Shown: positions 40,189-51,733, counted from the stretch's first letter. The stretch is DNA of 64,000 bases from Candidatus Latescibacterota bacterium (GCA_965205975.1 OZ242195.1:3968001-4032000), one strand, 5' to 3'. Program-made: numbers and translations. Notes: a model not told the origin generated them from the sequence alone.

Positions 40189-41598
40189 TTGCCTACAGAC
40201 CGTCCCAACATTCTCTTTATCATGTCCGACGATCACGCCTCGCATGCCATGAGTTGCTACAACAGCCGCATCAACCAGACCCCCAACCTCGACCGCATTG
40301 CAAATGAAGGCATGCGCTTTGACAACTGCTTTTGCACCAACTCAATCTGCGCCCCCAGCCGAGCTGTAATCCTCACCGGCACATACAACCACATCAACGG
40401 CGTAACCACGCTGGCGACCCATCTCGACGGACAACAACTCACATTTCCCAAGTTATTCCAACAGGCGGGATATCAAACCGCCATGATCGGCAAATGGCAT
40501 CTCGGTCACGGCGGCATCCACGACCCCACCGGCTTTGACTACTGGAATGTCCTGCCCGGGCAGGGATTATACCACAACCCCGAAATGATAGAAATGGGCG
40601 AAGAAAAAGTCTATCAAGGCTATGTCACCGACATCATCACAGACTTATGCCTCGACTGGCTCAAAGCGCGGGACACAAACCGCCCTTTCATGCTCATGTA
40701 CCACCACAAAGCACCTCATCGCGCCTGGGAACCCGACGAAAAACACGCCCACATGTATGAAAACGAAGACATACCCGAACCCGAAACCTTCTGGGACGAC
40801 TACAGCAACCGCGCCAGTGCTGCCGAAGCCGCCCAAATGCGCGTTGACCGCGACATGAACAAAAATGACCTCAAGGGATTACCCCCTGAAGGTCTCTCAC
40901 TTGAAGAAGATAAAAAATGGAAATACCAGCGCTACATAAAAGACTATCTGCGCTGTGTGGCCTCTATCGACGACAATGTCGGGCGCATGCTCGACTATCT
41001 CGATGAAGAGGGCCTCACCGACAATACCATAGTCATTTACACATCTGACCAGGGCTTTTTCCTGGGCGATCACGGCTGGTATGACAAGCGTTTTATGTAC
41101 GAAGAATCTCTGCGCATGCCCTTCATCATCCGTTATCCCAAAGAAATCAAACCCGGCAGTATCAATACCGACATGATCCTCAACACCGACTTTGCCCCCA
41201 CCTTTCTCGATTACGCGGGCATTGACATCCCCGAAACCTTCCAGGGATCGAGCATTCGCCCCTTGCTCAACGGCGAAACACCAGAAAACTGGCAAACATC
41301 GATGTATTATCGCTACTGGATGCACCTTGCACACCACCATGTTTACGCCCATTACGGCGTGCGAACCCACCAGTACAAACTCATCTATTACTACGCCGAT
41401 GGCCTCAATCAAAAAGGATCAATCGAAGATACCAAAGAACCCGAATGGGAACTCTTCGACCTCGAAAAAGACCCTTATGAACTCAACAGCGTGTACGACA
41501 ATCCCGAATACGCCGATATCGTGCGCGAACTCAAAGACGAACTCTATCGCCTTCAGGAAAAAGTACAAGACGAACGGTATGAGAAGGATGTGGATTAA
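40189..41598 (+). CDS. Sulfatase (N-acetylglucosamine-6-sulfatase-like)
   Basis: [21 protein letters not shown] and [11 protein letters not shown] motifs. Confidence 0.95.
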   Translation: MPTDRPNILFIMSDDHASHAMSCYNSRINQTPNLDRIANEGMRFDNCFCTNSICAPSRAVILTGTYNHINGVTTLATHLDGQQLTFPKLFQQAGYQTAMIGKWHLGHGGIHDPTGFDYWNVLPGQGLYHNPEMIEMGEEKVYQGYVTDIITDLCLDWLKARDTNRPFMLMYHHKAPHRAWEPDEKHAHMYENEDIPEPETFWDDYSNRASAAEAAQMRVDRDMNKNDLKGLPPEGLSLEEDKKWKYQRYIKDYLRCVASIDDNVGRMLDYLDEEGLTDNTIVIYTSDQGFFLGDHGWYDKRFMYEESLRMPFIIRYPKEIKPGSINTDMILNTDFAPTFLDYAGIDIPETFQGSSIRPLLNGETPENWQTSMYYRYWMHLAHHHVYAHYGVRTHQYKLIYYYADGLNQKGSIEDTKEPEWELFDLEKDPYELNSVYDNPEYADIVRELKDELYRLQEKVQDERYEKDVD

Positions 41599-41604
41599 TC
41601 ACTT

Positions 41605-43005
41605 CTACTTCGGCACCTTGAGCACAGCGTAAAAATTGGCATAGTGCCGGCGGGTCTCTCTGCGAATGATCATTCCAATTTCGTCACCGGGTTTCAGCTG
41701 GGCCAACACATCTTCGTAATCTTCCATCGAACGCATGGCTCTGCGATTCATCTCGCGAATCACATCTCCCCGCTGCAAACCCGCCGCATCGGCCGCGCTT
41801 TCCGTTCTCACATCGGTAATGAGCATGCCCCATTGTGCATTATAACCAAACTGACGGGCAATCGCGGGCGTCATCTCCTGAACATTCAGCCCCAGGACGC
41901 GTTGTCGCTCGATCTCTTTCAGACCGCGAAAGGGATCAAACGCATCCACCGTTACGCGCAGCTTTCTATTTTCCCCACTTCGGATCACCTCAATGATCAC
42001 CTGGGCGCCCGGAGGGGTTCGCGCAATACGCGTGAGAAACTCATCTGCATTGGAAATCTCGCGATCATTCAACCCCACAATCACATCGCCGGGTTGTAAA
42101 CCCGTTTGCTCGGCAAATTCTCCCACCTCCTGAATCAACGCACCCCGATTCACAGATAACCCCAGTGCTTCGGAAAGCCCCGGCGTCAGATCCTGAACCA
42201 CCACATCCAGATACCCGCGTTTAACCTCCCCATCTTCGATAATCTGCTGCATAATATTGCGCGCCATATTAATTGGCACAGCCAACCCAATGCCCTGACT
42301 TCCCCCACTGCGCGACAAAATCGCCGTATTCAGACCCACCAGTTCTCCGCGCAAATTCACCATTGCCCCACCGCTATTGCCCGGGTTAATCGCCGCATCT
42401 GTCTGAATAAAATCTTCATAATCCACAATATCTAAATTGCCTCGCCCAATCGCGCTCACAATACCGTACGTCACCGTATGCCGCAAACCATACGGATTGC
42501 CAATTGCCAGCACCCAGGCCCCGACCTTCAACTTATCCGAATCGCCCATCTTCAGCGCGGGCAAATCGCGCCCATCAATTTTCAACACCGCGACATCGCT
42601 CTGCGGATCTGTCCCCACCAGCGTTGCGCCGAACTTTCTGCCATCGTCGAGTTCTATTTCAATAGAATCGGCCTCTGCAATAACGTGATTATTGGTCAAA
42701 ACATAACCATCCCGAGAAACAATAACCCCCGACCCCAAACCCTGCTGCCGCTGTTCTCTCCGATACTGCAGACCACCACCGAAAAAATGATCGAAAAACG
42801 GATTGCCCGTTGATCTTCGCACCCCAACCACTACATCTCTTTTCTTAATAACCGCGACCACACCCGGATTGACCTCGGAAGCCACCGCAGCAAAAGCCTC
42901 GCTAAACTTTTCCATTTGTGCGATCGTCGCCTGAGATTCGGGATCAATTTTTGCCTCAACCTGCAACACCGTAAATCCCGCAATCAGTATCGATATCCAT
43001 CTCAT
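41605..43005 (-). CDS. degQ: Do/DegQ (HtrA) serine protease with two PDZ domains
   Basis: TNNHVI, SDVAV and QTDAAINPGNSGG motifs. Confidence 0.93.
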   Translation of the reverse strand: MRWISILIAGFTVLQVEAKIDPESQATIAQMEKFSEAFAAVASEVNPGVVAVIKKRDVVVGVRRSTGNPFFDHFFGGGLQYRREQRQQGLGSGVIVSRDGYVLTNNHVIAEADSIEIELDDGRKFGATLVGTDPQSDVAVLKIDGRDLPALKMGDSDKLKVGAWVLAIGNPYGLRHTVTYGIVSAIGRGNLDIVDYEDFIQTDAAINPGNSGGAMVNLRGELVGLNTAILSRSGGSQGIGLAVPINMARNIMQQIIEDGEVKRGYLDVVVQDLTPGLSEALGLSVNRGALIQEVGEFAEQTGLQPGDVIVGLNDREISNADEFLTRIARTPPGAQVIIEVIRSGENRKLRVTVDAFDPFRGLKEIERQRVLGLNVQEMTPAIARQFGYNAQWGMLITDVRTESAADAAGLQRGDVIREMNRRAMRSMEDYEDVLAQLKPGDEIGMIIRRETRRHYANFYAVLKVPK

Positions 43006-43279
43006 ACATCATTTCTCCGTTATAGCTATCAGCTCTCAGCCATCAGTTCCCCGCCCATCCCGGACGCCTGCTTAAGACATGCAGGCGTGACATGCTCCTA
43101 TCGTCATCGCGGCATGCTTAAAGCCGCGATCCAGGAGGTTTTAGCCGACCATTTAGTTATCACCTCACAAACTATCGCAAGGCGTCAAAAGTTCCTGAAA
43201 TTGTCCAATCCCGTCAATGACAAAAAAAAGGCCGAGATCCACAGAGAATCTCGGCTTTCTTGAATATTAAAAAATGTAC

Positions 43280-43609
43280 TTAAGCAGCTGACTTATCCGA
43301 CGGACGCACCTTTTTCAGCGCAGACATCCAGGTCAGTTCGTAAACCACCAGCGCACCTCGCCATACCTCGACATTTTCAAGTCCGCTGTACACCAATTGC
43401 GCAGCCTGTTCAATCGTCGCTTCTGCGGCCTTTACCTCGGGCTGATCGGCCACTATTTTCATGGGAACGGGACCATAAGCGGCGCGAATGCGATTAATCA
43501 CCTCACAGACTTCCCGACGAAACTGAGGGACGAAACGGGACCGAGAGGTAGCCCGTTGTACCCCGTTTGATCGTGAACCGACAGCCGACATAGAAAAAAT
43601 GCGTCTCAT
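43280..43609 (-). CDS. Hypothetical protein
   Basis: AGGAG Shine-Dalgarno; downstream hairpin at about 43228-43259. Confidence 0.7.
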   Translation of the reverse strand: MRRIFSMSAVGSRSNGVQRATSRSRFVPQFRREVCEVINRIRAAYGPVPMKIVADQPEVKAAEATIEQAAQLVYSGLENVEVWRGALVVYELTWMSALKKVRPSDKSAA

Positions 43610-43863
43610 GGAAACATCTCCTGTCTAAATTAGGTGAAATACATCGACGAAATTCGTCGTATATAATCACAAAAACTTTCCTAAACTCAATTTTTACATA
43701 ATATTATATACTATTTTCCAACCGCCATAAATATAGTGAACATTTGTATATGCGTCAAGGGTAAAATATCACAATCTCACAAAAAAAACTTTCCCTTAAC
43801 CCGCTGCGATATTATCTTTTGCCTTTATTTAAGAGATTCCAACTAACACAGGAAAGGAGCATC

Positions 43864-44931
43864 ATGGCAGACAAACTCAAAGTCGGTATCATCGGCGTTG
43901 GCGGCATTGCACGCACGCACATACCCGGATGGGCCGCTTCCCAACATGCCGACCTGATAGCTGGCAGCGACATCAATGCAGACGTACTGAATCAATGGGG
44001 CGAAAATAACGACATATCCTTCCTATCCACCGATCCGGAAGACCTGTTCAAAAATCCCGATATCGATATCATCGACATCTGTACCCCCAACAATTATCAC
44101 GCGCCATTGGCCATTGCCGCGCTTGAAGCGGGCAAACACGTCATCTGCGAAAAGCCACTTGCCCCCAATCCGGAACTCATCAAAAACATGATTGCCGCAC
44201 GCGACAAATCCGGCAAAACCCTGATGACAGCGCAACATTTTCGTTTCTCGGGCAAATCAAAAGCCATGCGAGCCGAACTCGACACAGGCGTACTCGGAGA
44301 CATCTACCACGCGCGAAGCTGGATGCTCCGCCGCTCAGGGGCACCAAACACACCGGGCTTTATACAAAAACAACACAGCGGCGGCGGTCCCTGCATCGAC
44401 ATCGGCGTACACATCCTGGACCTCACACTCTGGTTTATGAATAACCCCAATCCCGTATCTGTCACCGGTGTCGCCCGTGCAGAAATCGCCCACCAGAAAG
44501 GTGCCTTCAGCAATTGGGGTCTCATCCCATCGGAGCAGTTTGACGTGGAAGACTTCGCCGCGGCTTTTGTGCGCTTTGAAAATGGGGCAACCCTCGTACT
44601 CGAAGTTAGCTGGTTGCTCCACCACAAAACGCAGGGCGAAGACATGCAAATGTGGCTCTACGGCACCAAAGGGGGCAGCCACTGGCCCAGTTGTGAAATT
44701 TACCAAAGCAACAACGACACAAGACAGCACTACAACCACACCCTGCAAAATACCAGAGACCTGCTCGAACCCCACGCACAAGAATGCGTCGAATTTGCCC
44801 AGGCCATCGCCGAAGGCAAGCCATCACCCGTGCCTGCCGAGCAATCGCTGCAAGTCATGGCAATCCTCAACGGCATCTATCGCAGCCAGGAAACGGGCGA
44901 AGAAGTAAAAGTCACCCAGGAAACATCGTGA
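43864..44931 (+). CDS. Gfo/Idh/MocA oxidoreductase
   Basis: GIIGVGGI, CEKP and DIGVH motifs. Confidence 0.93.
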   Translation: MADKLKVGIIGVGGIARTHIPGWAASQHADLIAGSDINADVLNQWGENNDISFLSTDPEDLFKNPDIDIIDICTPNNYHAPLAIAALEAGKHVICEKPLAPNPELIKNMIAARDKSGKTLMTAQHFRFSGKSKAMRAELDTGVLGDIYHARSWMLRRSGAPNTPGFIQKQHSGGGPCIDIGVHILDLTLWFMNNPNPVSVTGVARAEIAHQKGAFSNWGLIPSEQFDVEDFAAAFVRFENGATLVLEVSWLLHHKTQGEDMQMWLYGTKGGSHWPSCEIYQSNNDTRQHYNHTLQNTRDLLEPHAQECVEFAQAIAEGKPSPVPAEQSLQVMAILNGIYRSQETGEEVKVTQETS

Positions 44932-45548
44932 TCTTTATATCCACCATCGTCGGTCCGCTCCAGGTTAATTGTTACATCCTCGCCTGTGAAAAAACGCGCG
45001 AAGGCATTGTAATAGATCCCGGCGACGATACCGACACCATACTGAATCTCATCGAAGACCACGACATCAAGATCATCGAAATAATTGCCACACACGGACA
45101 TTTTGACCACATCGGGCGCGTCGCATCGCTGAAAAAAAAAACAGGTGCGCCATTCGCCATCCACAAAGCCGATGTATTCATGGTCGAGTCGCTTATAGAC
45201 ATTGTGGCACCTCTGGGTCTTCAAACCGATCCACCGCCCAAAATCGACCGTTTTATCGATGAAGGCGATACCATTGTCTTTGGCCGCGAAACCTTGAACA
45301 TCCTCCATGTACCGGGTCACGCGCCCGGCAACATCGCGCTCACCTGGCCGGGCCACGCTATTGTTGGCGATACTGTATTCTCCGGCTCTATTGGCAGAAC
45401 CGATCTCGAAGGCGCAGACCTGCAAACGCTCATGGACTCAATCCACACCAAAATCCTCACCCTCCCCGACGACACAGTCCTTCACCCTGGACATGGGCCA
45501 GACACAACCATAGACCGCGAAAAACGCATCAACCCATTTCTCTTATAG
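44928..45548 (+). CDS. MBL-fold metallo-hydrolase (YcbL/glyoxalase II-like)
   Basis: THGHFDH, PGHAPG, GD...GRTD and PGHG motifs; GTG start overlaps the upstream stop. Confidence 0.92.
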   Translation: MIFISTIVGPLQVNCYILACEKTREGIVIDPGDDTDTILNLIEDHDIKIIEIIATHGHFDHIGRVASLKKKTGAPFAIHKADVFMVESLIDIVAPLGLQTDPPPKIDRFIDEGDTIVFGRETLNILHVPGHAPGNIALTWPGHAIVGDTVFSGSIGRTDLEGADLQTLMDSIHTKILTLPDDTVLHPGHGPDTTIDREKRINPFLL

Positions 45549-45561
45549 GACCACTTCTCAC

Positions 45562-47061
45562 ATGAACATCTCTACCACCATCGGCAACATCCTCGAAATT
45601 ACAACAGACGCCATCGTGCTCAACCTCTTTGAAGGCGTCACAGAACCGGGCGGCGCAACAGGTGCAGCCAATCGCGCACTGGACGGGCTTATTGCCGACC
45701 TCATCGCAGGCGGTGACTTCAGCGGCAAACGCAACCAAACCGCCGTACTCTATCCCCGCCAGGACGTAGCCTCGTCGCGCCTCATTCTCGTTGGCCTGGG
45801 TAAACGAGAAGACTTCACGCCCAACCAGGTGCGTCTCGCATCCGCATCTGCAACCAGAGAAGCCATCAAACTCGGCGCAAAAACCCTCGCCTCCATCATC
45901 CACGGGGGCGGCATAGGCGGCCTTGATGTCTCCGACGCCGCACAAGCCACTGTTGAAGGCGCGATTCTCGGCAATTACAAATTCACCAATTACAAAACAA
46001 ACAATAACGATCCCAAACGTCTCGACACCTTTACCCTCGTCGAATTTGACACATCCAAACAGACCGATGTCGAAAAAGGCGCGAATACCGGACAAATCAT
46101 CGCCGAAAGCGTGTGTTTTGCCCGCGACCTGAGCAACACCCCCGGCAATGACTTGCCACCGGCAACACTGGCCGAACACGCGCTACAAATGGCTCGTGAA
46201 ACAGGGCTTTCCTGTGAAATATTTGACGAACAGCGCATCTCAAATGAAGGCATGGGTGCCCTGAGCGCAGTGGGGCAGGGAAGTGCTCGGCCACCTCGTT
46301 TCGTCATCCTCGAACACGCAGGTGTCGATCCCAATGCCGCGCCCATCATCTTCATTGGCAAAGGCATAACCTTTGACACCGGCGGCATATCCCTCAAAGG
46401 TGGCGACGGCATGTGGAACATGAAATTTGACATGAGTGGGTCCGCAGCCGTCATCGGCGCAATGCGAGCCGTGGCAAAACTCGACCTTCCCCACCGCGTC
46501 ATTGGCCTGGTTGCCGCCGCAGAAAACATGCCCGATGGTCGCGCGTATCGGCCCGGCGATATCTTGCATCCCCTCGGCACCAAGACCGTTGAAATACACA
46601 GCACAGATGCCGAAGGCCGCCTCGCCCTCATCGACGCCATCGCATACAGCGCGCGCTACGCGCCCAAAGCAGCCATTGACCTTGCCACACTAACCGGTGC
46701 TTGCGTCACCGCACTCGGCAACGAAGTTAGTGGCTTGATGGGCAACAACAACGACCTCATCGCTCAGATTCACGAAGCGGGCAATCGCACCGGTGAAATT
46801 GCCTGGCATCTTCCCATTCTCGACAGTCACAGAGACCGCATCAAAAGCAATGTGGCCGACCTCAAAAACTCAGGCGGTCGGCCCGCAGGCGCACTCACCG
46901 CCGCCGCATTCCTCGAAGCCTATGTCCAGAACTTTCCCTGGGCACACCTCGACATCGCCGGCACTGCATCGACAAGTTCTGCCAAACCCGACGCCCCCAT
47001 CGGAGCCACGGGCGTTGGCGTACGCTTATTGATCGATTTCCTGCGCCATCAAGACGAATAG
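45562..47061 (+). CDS. pepA: Leucyl aminopeptidase (M17)
   Basis: GKGITFDTGG, MKFDMSG and TDAEGRL motifs. Confidence 0.95.
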   Translation: MNISTTIGNILEITTDAIVLNLFEGVTEPGGATGAANRALDGLIADLIAGGDFSGKRNQTAVLYPRQDVASSRLILVGLGKREDFTPNQVRLASASATREAIKLGAKTLASIIHGGGIGGLDVSDAAQATVEGAILGNYKFTNYKTNNNDPKRLDTFTLVEFDTSKQTDVEKGANTGQIIAESVCFARDLSNTPGNDLPPATLAEHALQMARETGLSCEIFDEQRISNEGMGALSAVGQGSARPPRFVILEHAGVDPNAAPIIFIGKGITFDTGGISLKGGDGMWNMKFDMSGSAAVIGAMRAVAKLDLPHRVIGLVAAAENMPDGRAYRPGDILHPLGTKTVEIHSTDAEGRLALIDAIAYSARYAPKAAIDLATLTGACVTALGNEVSGLMGNNNDLIAQIHEAGNRTGEIAWHLPILDSHRDRIKSNVADLKNSGGRPAGALTAAAFLEAYVQNFPWAHLDIAGTASTSSAKPDAPIGATGVGVRLLIDFLRHQDE

Positions 47062-47252
47062 ACGAATAGACGACGACGGGCTGATGATTGATGACTGATA
47101 AAAAACAAAACCTTCTGGATTGCGGCTAAAAGCCTGCCGCAATGACGATGGTTGGGGACTGACCGCTGACTGTTGATTCGTTGATTCGTTGATTCGTTGA
47201 TGAACTGGCCTGAAAAACGGCCAGTTGTACCCCGTTCCGTTGATTCGTCCAG

Positions 47253-47822
47253 CTATCTCTCACCCAAAGAGAACATCAGCCCAGCGTGAATACCAAAATT
47301 ATTTGTTGACCCGGACGCAAAAGCGCGAAACCATCGGCACTGTACAAATGCGCCTATGCCCTCGGCAACATCAAACCGCATACCACCTGCTACGGCAATC
47401 AACGCCTCGGTTGACGTTCCCGTTACAAATTCTCCGGTCGCTGGATCTATTGACAGGTCCACTATAACGTCTCCGGTCACTGGATCTAGACCCACTGGAA
47501 CAATCACGGGAAATCCGCGTGCGTGCAACACCCCGCCGGCAACCCCAAAAAACACCGTACCATAGTGATCGGACAAAGGAGCTTTGTAAACCAGACTAAC
47601 ACCCGCTGGGATTTCTGAAATACCGTCCTTTCGATAAAACTCAACAAAAGGTGCCAGATACGTCGGATACAAATCTCCAATGGGAAAATCTATGGACAGG
47701 TGCCCGCCCACGCGCGTGGGATCAAAAAGAGCGCCCCCGCCTATCTTGACATCCACCTGTGCATCTGCCCGACCAAACATCGCGATTATAATGAAAAAAA
47801 ACACCGCAACCATCGACTTCAT
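47253..47822 (-). CDS. Secreted / outer-membrane beta-barrel-like protein
   Basis: AGGAGG Shine-Dalgarno, signal peptide (ADA-Q), alternating strands. Confidence 0.65.
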   Translation of the reverse strand: MKSMVAVFFFIIIAMFGRADAQVDVKIGGGALFDPTRVGGHLSIDFPIGDLYPTYLAPFVEFYRKDGISEIPAGVSLVYKAPLSDHYGTVFFGVAGGVLHARGFPVIVPVGLDPVTGDVIVDLSIDPATGEFVTGTSTEALIAVAGGMRFDVAEGIGAFVQCRWFRAFASGSTNNFGIHAGLMFSLGER

Positions 47823-47855
47823 ACACACCTCCTGATAATAAAATAAGGAACACAC

Positions 47856-48485
47856 ATGCCAACCGACCTCATACTAATCTGTCATGGACAGGCCAGAAAA
47901 CGCGACGGCGAACACCATTACGGCTGGTGGGCCGACATGCCCCTCTCGCATCGAGGCAAACAACAAGCCCTGCTCATTGGCGAACGCCTCAGAAACGACT
48001 TTGACATTCGCAGCCTCTACACCAGCCCCCAGAAATGCGCCCGTCAAACAGCCGAATGGATAGGCGACTTTCTCCATATCGTGCCCGAAGTAGAAAATGA
48101 CCTGCGCGAACTTGAAAGCGGCGACCTCGCCACACTCTCCAGCGAAGAAGTCCAAAAATATTACCCCGGCTTTTTTGGTGGACAATCCCTCGAAGAGGCG
48201 CGCGTTCCGGGCAGCGAAACCTATGCCGACCTGCACACCCGCGTTGCCAGTACCGTGAGCCAACTCGTCAACGAATCGCCCGACCAACAAATTGTGTGCA
48301 TCACTCACGTCCGACCTATTGTCGCCTGCCTACAAGCGATCATGGGATACACACCCGAAGACGAGCACAAACCCCAATTCGCGTGCCACTCAGCCTCCAT
48401 TCATCATCTACAACTCGACCCCGGAGGCGAACCCACCTTCATGGCGCTCAACGATATTGCCCATCTCGCAGACCTGCCCAGATAA
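47856..48485 (+). CDS. Histidine phosphatase-family protein with a degenerate active site
   Basis: LICHGQ, YTSPQKCARQTA, LRE, GSET and ITH motifs. Confidence 0.8.
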   Translation: MPTDLILICHGQARKRDGEHHYGWWADMPLSHRGKQQALLIGERLRNDFDIRSLYTSPQKCARQTAEWIGDFLHIVPEVENDLRELESGDLATLSSEEVQKYYPGFFGGQSLEEARVPGSETYADLHTRVASTVSQLVNESPDQQIVCITHVRPIVACLQAIMGYTPEDEHKPQFACHSASIHHLQLDPGGEPTFMALNDIAHLADLPR

Positions 48486-48493
48486 TTCACACG

Positions 48494-49330
48494 TCATCCG
48501 ACCAGATGCGTAAGCCCCAGCATCTCCCGGGCATCATTTGGCGTGGCAATCTCGCCCTGAAGTTTCTCCACAATACTCGCAGCGAGATCGACCATCTGTG
48601 CATTGCTCTTGAGCAAAACACCTCTCCGAAGATAAATATTATCTTCAAAACCCACCCGTATATGCCCTCCCAAGAGAAAGGCCATAGTAATCATCGGCAA
48701 CTGTCCTTTTCCCACACCCAAAGCGGACCAGATCACATCGGGCGGCAAAAGACTCTTCATAAAAATCAGATTTTCGGGTGTGGCTTCAATACCCCATCCG
48801 GGCCCCATACACAACTGGATAAACGGGGGATCTTCGAACAACCCCTCCGCAATCATATACCGCGCTTGGCGGATATGACCGGCATCAAAAACTTCGATCT
48901 CCGGCTTAACGCGATGCTCGCGCATGCGCTTTGCCGCAGCAACACCCCATTCGGGTGGATTCATAAACACCCGAGTGCCAAAATTCACCGAACCGATATC
49001 CAGAGAGCAAATCTCGGGCTTCAGCATAACCGGCTCAAGCCGCTCCTCAATAATATTCTCCCCTTTAATATTTCCCCCGCTCGTCGTCAGATTAATCGCA
49101 ATATCGCAAGCTTGCCGAATCCGATCCACCACCTCCTTAAAAAGCTCAATCCGCGAACAAACAATACCCGTCTCGGGATCGCGCACATGGATATGCGTAA
49201 TCGCCGCGCCCGCCTTATGGCACTCGATAGCGGCTTCTGCAATCTCCTTTGGCGTATAAGGCACCGCCGGATTCATATCCTTCGTAGGACCCGAACCCAC
49301 AACCGCCACTGAAATAATTGTCTTATCCAT
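48494..49330 (-). CDS. 3-keto-5-aminohexanoate cleavage enzyme family (BKACE)
   Basis: [13 protein letters not shown] and RVGFEDN motifs. Confidence 0.93.
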   Translation of the reverse strand: MDKTIISVAVVGSGPTKDMNPAVPYTPKEIAEAAIECHKAGAAITHIHVRDPETGIVCSRIELFKEVVDRIRQACDIAINLTTSGGNIKGENIIEERLEPVMLKPEICSLDIGSVNFGTRVFMNPPEWGVAAAKRMREHRVKPEIEVFDAGHIRQARYMIAEGLFEDPPFIQLCMGPGWGIEATPENLIFMKSLLPPDVIWSALGVGKGQLPMITMAFLLGGHIRVGFEDNIYLRRGVLLKSNAQMVDLAASIVEKLQGEIATPNDAREMLGLTHLVG

Positions 49331-49354
49331 TTTTGTCTCTCTTGTCCTCTACAA

Positions 49355-50563
49355 TTAAAACGGCACCAACCAATCCTCTTCAATCCCCAGATCAAAACCC
49401 GGACCCGTCGGCGCAAACTCCAGATAGCTATTGCGCGGCACATGCGCGCCGGGTTGCGCCACTTCTTCAAGCGGTACCCCCGGATCAGAACCGATATAAT
49501 ACTCACACCAGGGCGTATTGGGCATTGCCCAGCTCAAATGCTGACCGTACGCATCGCGTCCCCCGCCGTGCAGACAAACCTCCAGACCCGCCGCCGCAGC
49601 CATATTACAAATTTTGACACAAGCAGTCAAACCCCCTACCCACTGAATATCGGGCTGGAGAATATCGAGACACCGATTTTCGATCATCAACTGGTAGGGA
49701 TACGGCGTGTAAAAATGCTCGCCACTGGCAAGCGTCAACCAGGGCAGGCGTTTCTTGAGTTCAATATGCCCCCCAACATCCTCGGGAATCAGGCACTCTT
49801 CCATCCAGCGCAAATTATAAGGACGCAGACGATTGGCCAGACGCGCGGTATATTCCACATCAAAAGCCATATAACAATCGAGCATGAGATCGCAATCATC
49901 GCCGATCAACTCGCGGACCTCGGCTATTCGCCTCTCGTTCTCCCCCAATCCCCACAACCCATCAACCGGCCCGTATTGACAGGGCAGCTTAAACGCCCGA
50001 AATCCCAACTCCTTGTACCAATCCACATCATCACCCGTCGCATACACAAACAAACGGTCGCGCGCCGGACCGCCCAGAAGCTCATAAACGGGCTTGCCCT
50101 GCAATTTCCCCGCCAGATCCCACAGCGCCAGATCCACAGCACTAATTGCCAACGAGGCAATCCCCACAGTCCCAAAAGATTTGGACACGCGAAACATCAT
50201 ATCCCAAAGCTTTTCAATAGCCAGGCAACTCTCCCCTTCCAGTATATGCGCGAAAGCATCTTCCACCACCATAGCAACCGGACGTCCCGCCGACGTGCCG
50301 AGGCCCCATGTCCCATCTTCAGCGGTCACCTTAACCGAGAACCTGGGCCATTGTCTGGCACCGTAAAGCTGACGCCGCGCCTTAAACCGCGGGAACTTAG
50401 ACATTGGATTTGCCACTTCTATCTGCGTGGGCCACGCCTTTCGATACCCCTTTGTCCTCGGGGCTGCACCTGTTGAAGCAGCGAGTGTCGTACCAGAACC
50501 CGTTGAGACCTGGCTTGCATCTGGCCGTTCAACGCGAACGACTTCGACGGATTTGATTTTCAT
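49355..50563 (-). CDS. L-rhamnonate dehydratase-like enolase-superfamily enzyme
   Basis: DLALWDL, LMLDCYM, WMEE, GEH and QPD motifs. Confidence 0.85.
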   Translation of the reverse strand: MKIKSVEVVRVERPDASQVSTGSGTTLAASTGAAPRTKGYRKAWPTQIEVANPMSKFPRFKARRQLYGARQWPRFSVKVTAEDGTWGLGTSAGRPVAMVVEDAFAHILEGESCLAIEKLWDMMFRVSKSFGTVGIASLAISAVDLALWDLAGKLQGKPVYELLGGPARDRLFVYATGDDVDWYKELGFRAFKLPCQYGPVDGLWGLGENERRIAEVRELIGDDCDLMLDCYMAFDVEYTARLANRLRPYNLRWMEECLIPEDVGGHIELKKRLPWLTLASGEHFYTPYPYQLMIENRCLDILQPDIQWVGGLTACVKICNMAAAAGLEVCLHGGGRDAYGQHLSWAMPNTPWCEYYIGSDPGVPLEEVAQPGAHVPRNSYLEFAPTGPGFDLGIEEDWLVPF

Positions 50564-50604
50564 GTGTTGTCCTTTTCTCGTATTGGAATAATCCCCAGAA
50601 ACAA

Positions 50605-50652
50605 ACAATGTAGCAACAACGCGACATTGTCAACCGCATTTCAAAACATATC
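50605..50652 (-). repeat. About 48-bp promoter-like direct repeat, copy 1 of 3 (others at 51435-51481 and 58925-58971)
   Basis: aatgtagcaacaac(c)gcga(c/t)attgtcaaccgcatttcaaaacatatc. Confidence 0.9.
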
Positions 50653-50664
50653 CCTTCCATTTCT

Positions 50665-51153
50665 TCAAACTTCATCAACCAATTCTAAAACTCTTCGTTT
50701 TAAGTCTTCAGACAACCACATCCCAGCAACCTCAAGCGCATTGAGAATAGGGGCCACTGATTCAATCATATTTTTTTGTCTGGCAGAAGCCAATAAGCCA
50801 ACAGTGCCGATGACTTGAAGACCACATATTTCGGCCTGATATCTGGCGTCCAGATCATCTAAGATTACCCAATCAGCATGACCATCAAGCGCAAGGAGGA
50901 TGGCTTCACGTTCACCAGCACCGAGGGAATCGACTCTTTCTGATACAGAGCGACGTTCTATTTGTCGAATCTCAATCCAAGGATAATCGGTAAGATTGGG
51001 AATGCGAACACCCTGCGCCTTACCTTTCGCCAATTCTGTAACGACGGCTTCAGGCACAATTACCCGATCAAAGAGGCGGTGTAGCAGGGTCAGTTGGTCA
51101 ATTCGGTAGAAGTAAAGCAGAGGGGATGTATCGACACTACAGATTCCTGGCAC
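50665..51153 (-). CDS. DUF3368 PIN-domain protein
   Basis: VDTSPL, LGAGEREAI, LDDLDAR and GTVGLL motifs. Confidence 0.9.
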   Translation of the reverse strand: MPGICSVDTSPLLYFYRIDQLTLLHRLFDRVIVPEAVVTELAKGKAQGVRIPNLTDYPWIEIRQIERRSVSERVDSLGAGEREAILLALDGHADWVILDDLDARYQAEICGLQVIGTVGLLASARQKNMIESVAPILNALEVAGMWLSEDLKRRVLELVDEV

Positions 51154-51397
51154 TGGAAATATCCTTTGCCAATTCTTCTGGAGTCAGATTGATAGGAGAT
51201 ACCTGGTAGGATTTTAAAGCATCTAAAAATACAACGCGCTCCAGGCCCGCAAACCGAGCCGCCTGGCCCGATGACAAACGTCCGAGTTCAAACAGTTTGA
51301 CAGCTATGAGCATGCGGCCTTGTTCGGCGAATTGTTCAGGCGTTTCACTGAGGGTCTGCAGAATATCATCTGGACATTCAAATGTAATTTTTAACAT
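51137..51397 (-). CDS. UPF0175 antitoxin-like protein
   Basis: KLFELGRLSSGQAARFAG motif. Confidence 0.9.
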   Translation of the reverse strand: MLKITFECPDDILQTLSETPEQFAEQGRMLIAVKLFELGRLSSGQAARFAGLERVVFLDALKSYQVSPINLTPEELAKDISSARNL

Positions 51398-51506
51398 GTG
51401 CGCCCCGTTCTATCCATATTTGAATTACACCTATAAACAAAAAGTGTAGCAACAACGCGATTTTGTCAACCTCATTTCAAATTATTCGCCCAATCTGCGC
51501 TCAAAA

Positions 51507-51733
51507 TTACACTGCTATACCAACTTGCAGCGCGGCATCATAGCCCCCCGTCGCGGCATTGGCAATCACATTTGTCAGTTGGTATTGGAATGCATTGGCT
51601 GGCGAACGAAAAAGGCCATCGTCGGTATTTTTCATGGGATTCTGTCCCCGAGAAGAATATTCCGTTGTATTGAACACAGCCGTATTGATTTCTTCGGGAA
51701 AAGCCAATTGCGATGTTGCCACCAATCCATTAT
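51507..51733 (-). pseudogene. C-terminal remnant of an intradiol ring-cleavage dioxygenase-like gene
   Basis: NGLVATSQLAFPEEIN..VF...Y...GQN...NTDDGLF; abuts the IS right end. Confidence 0.5.
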
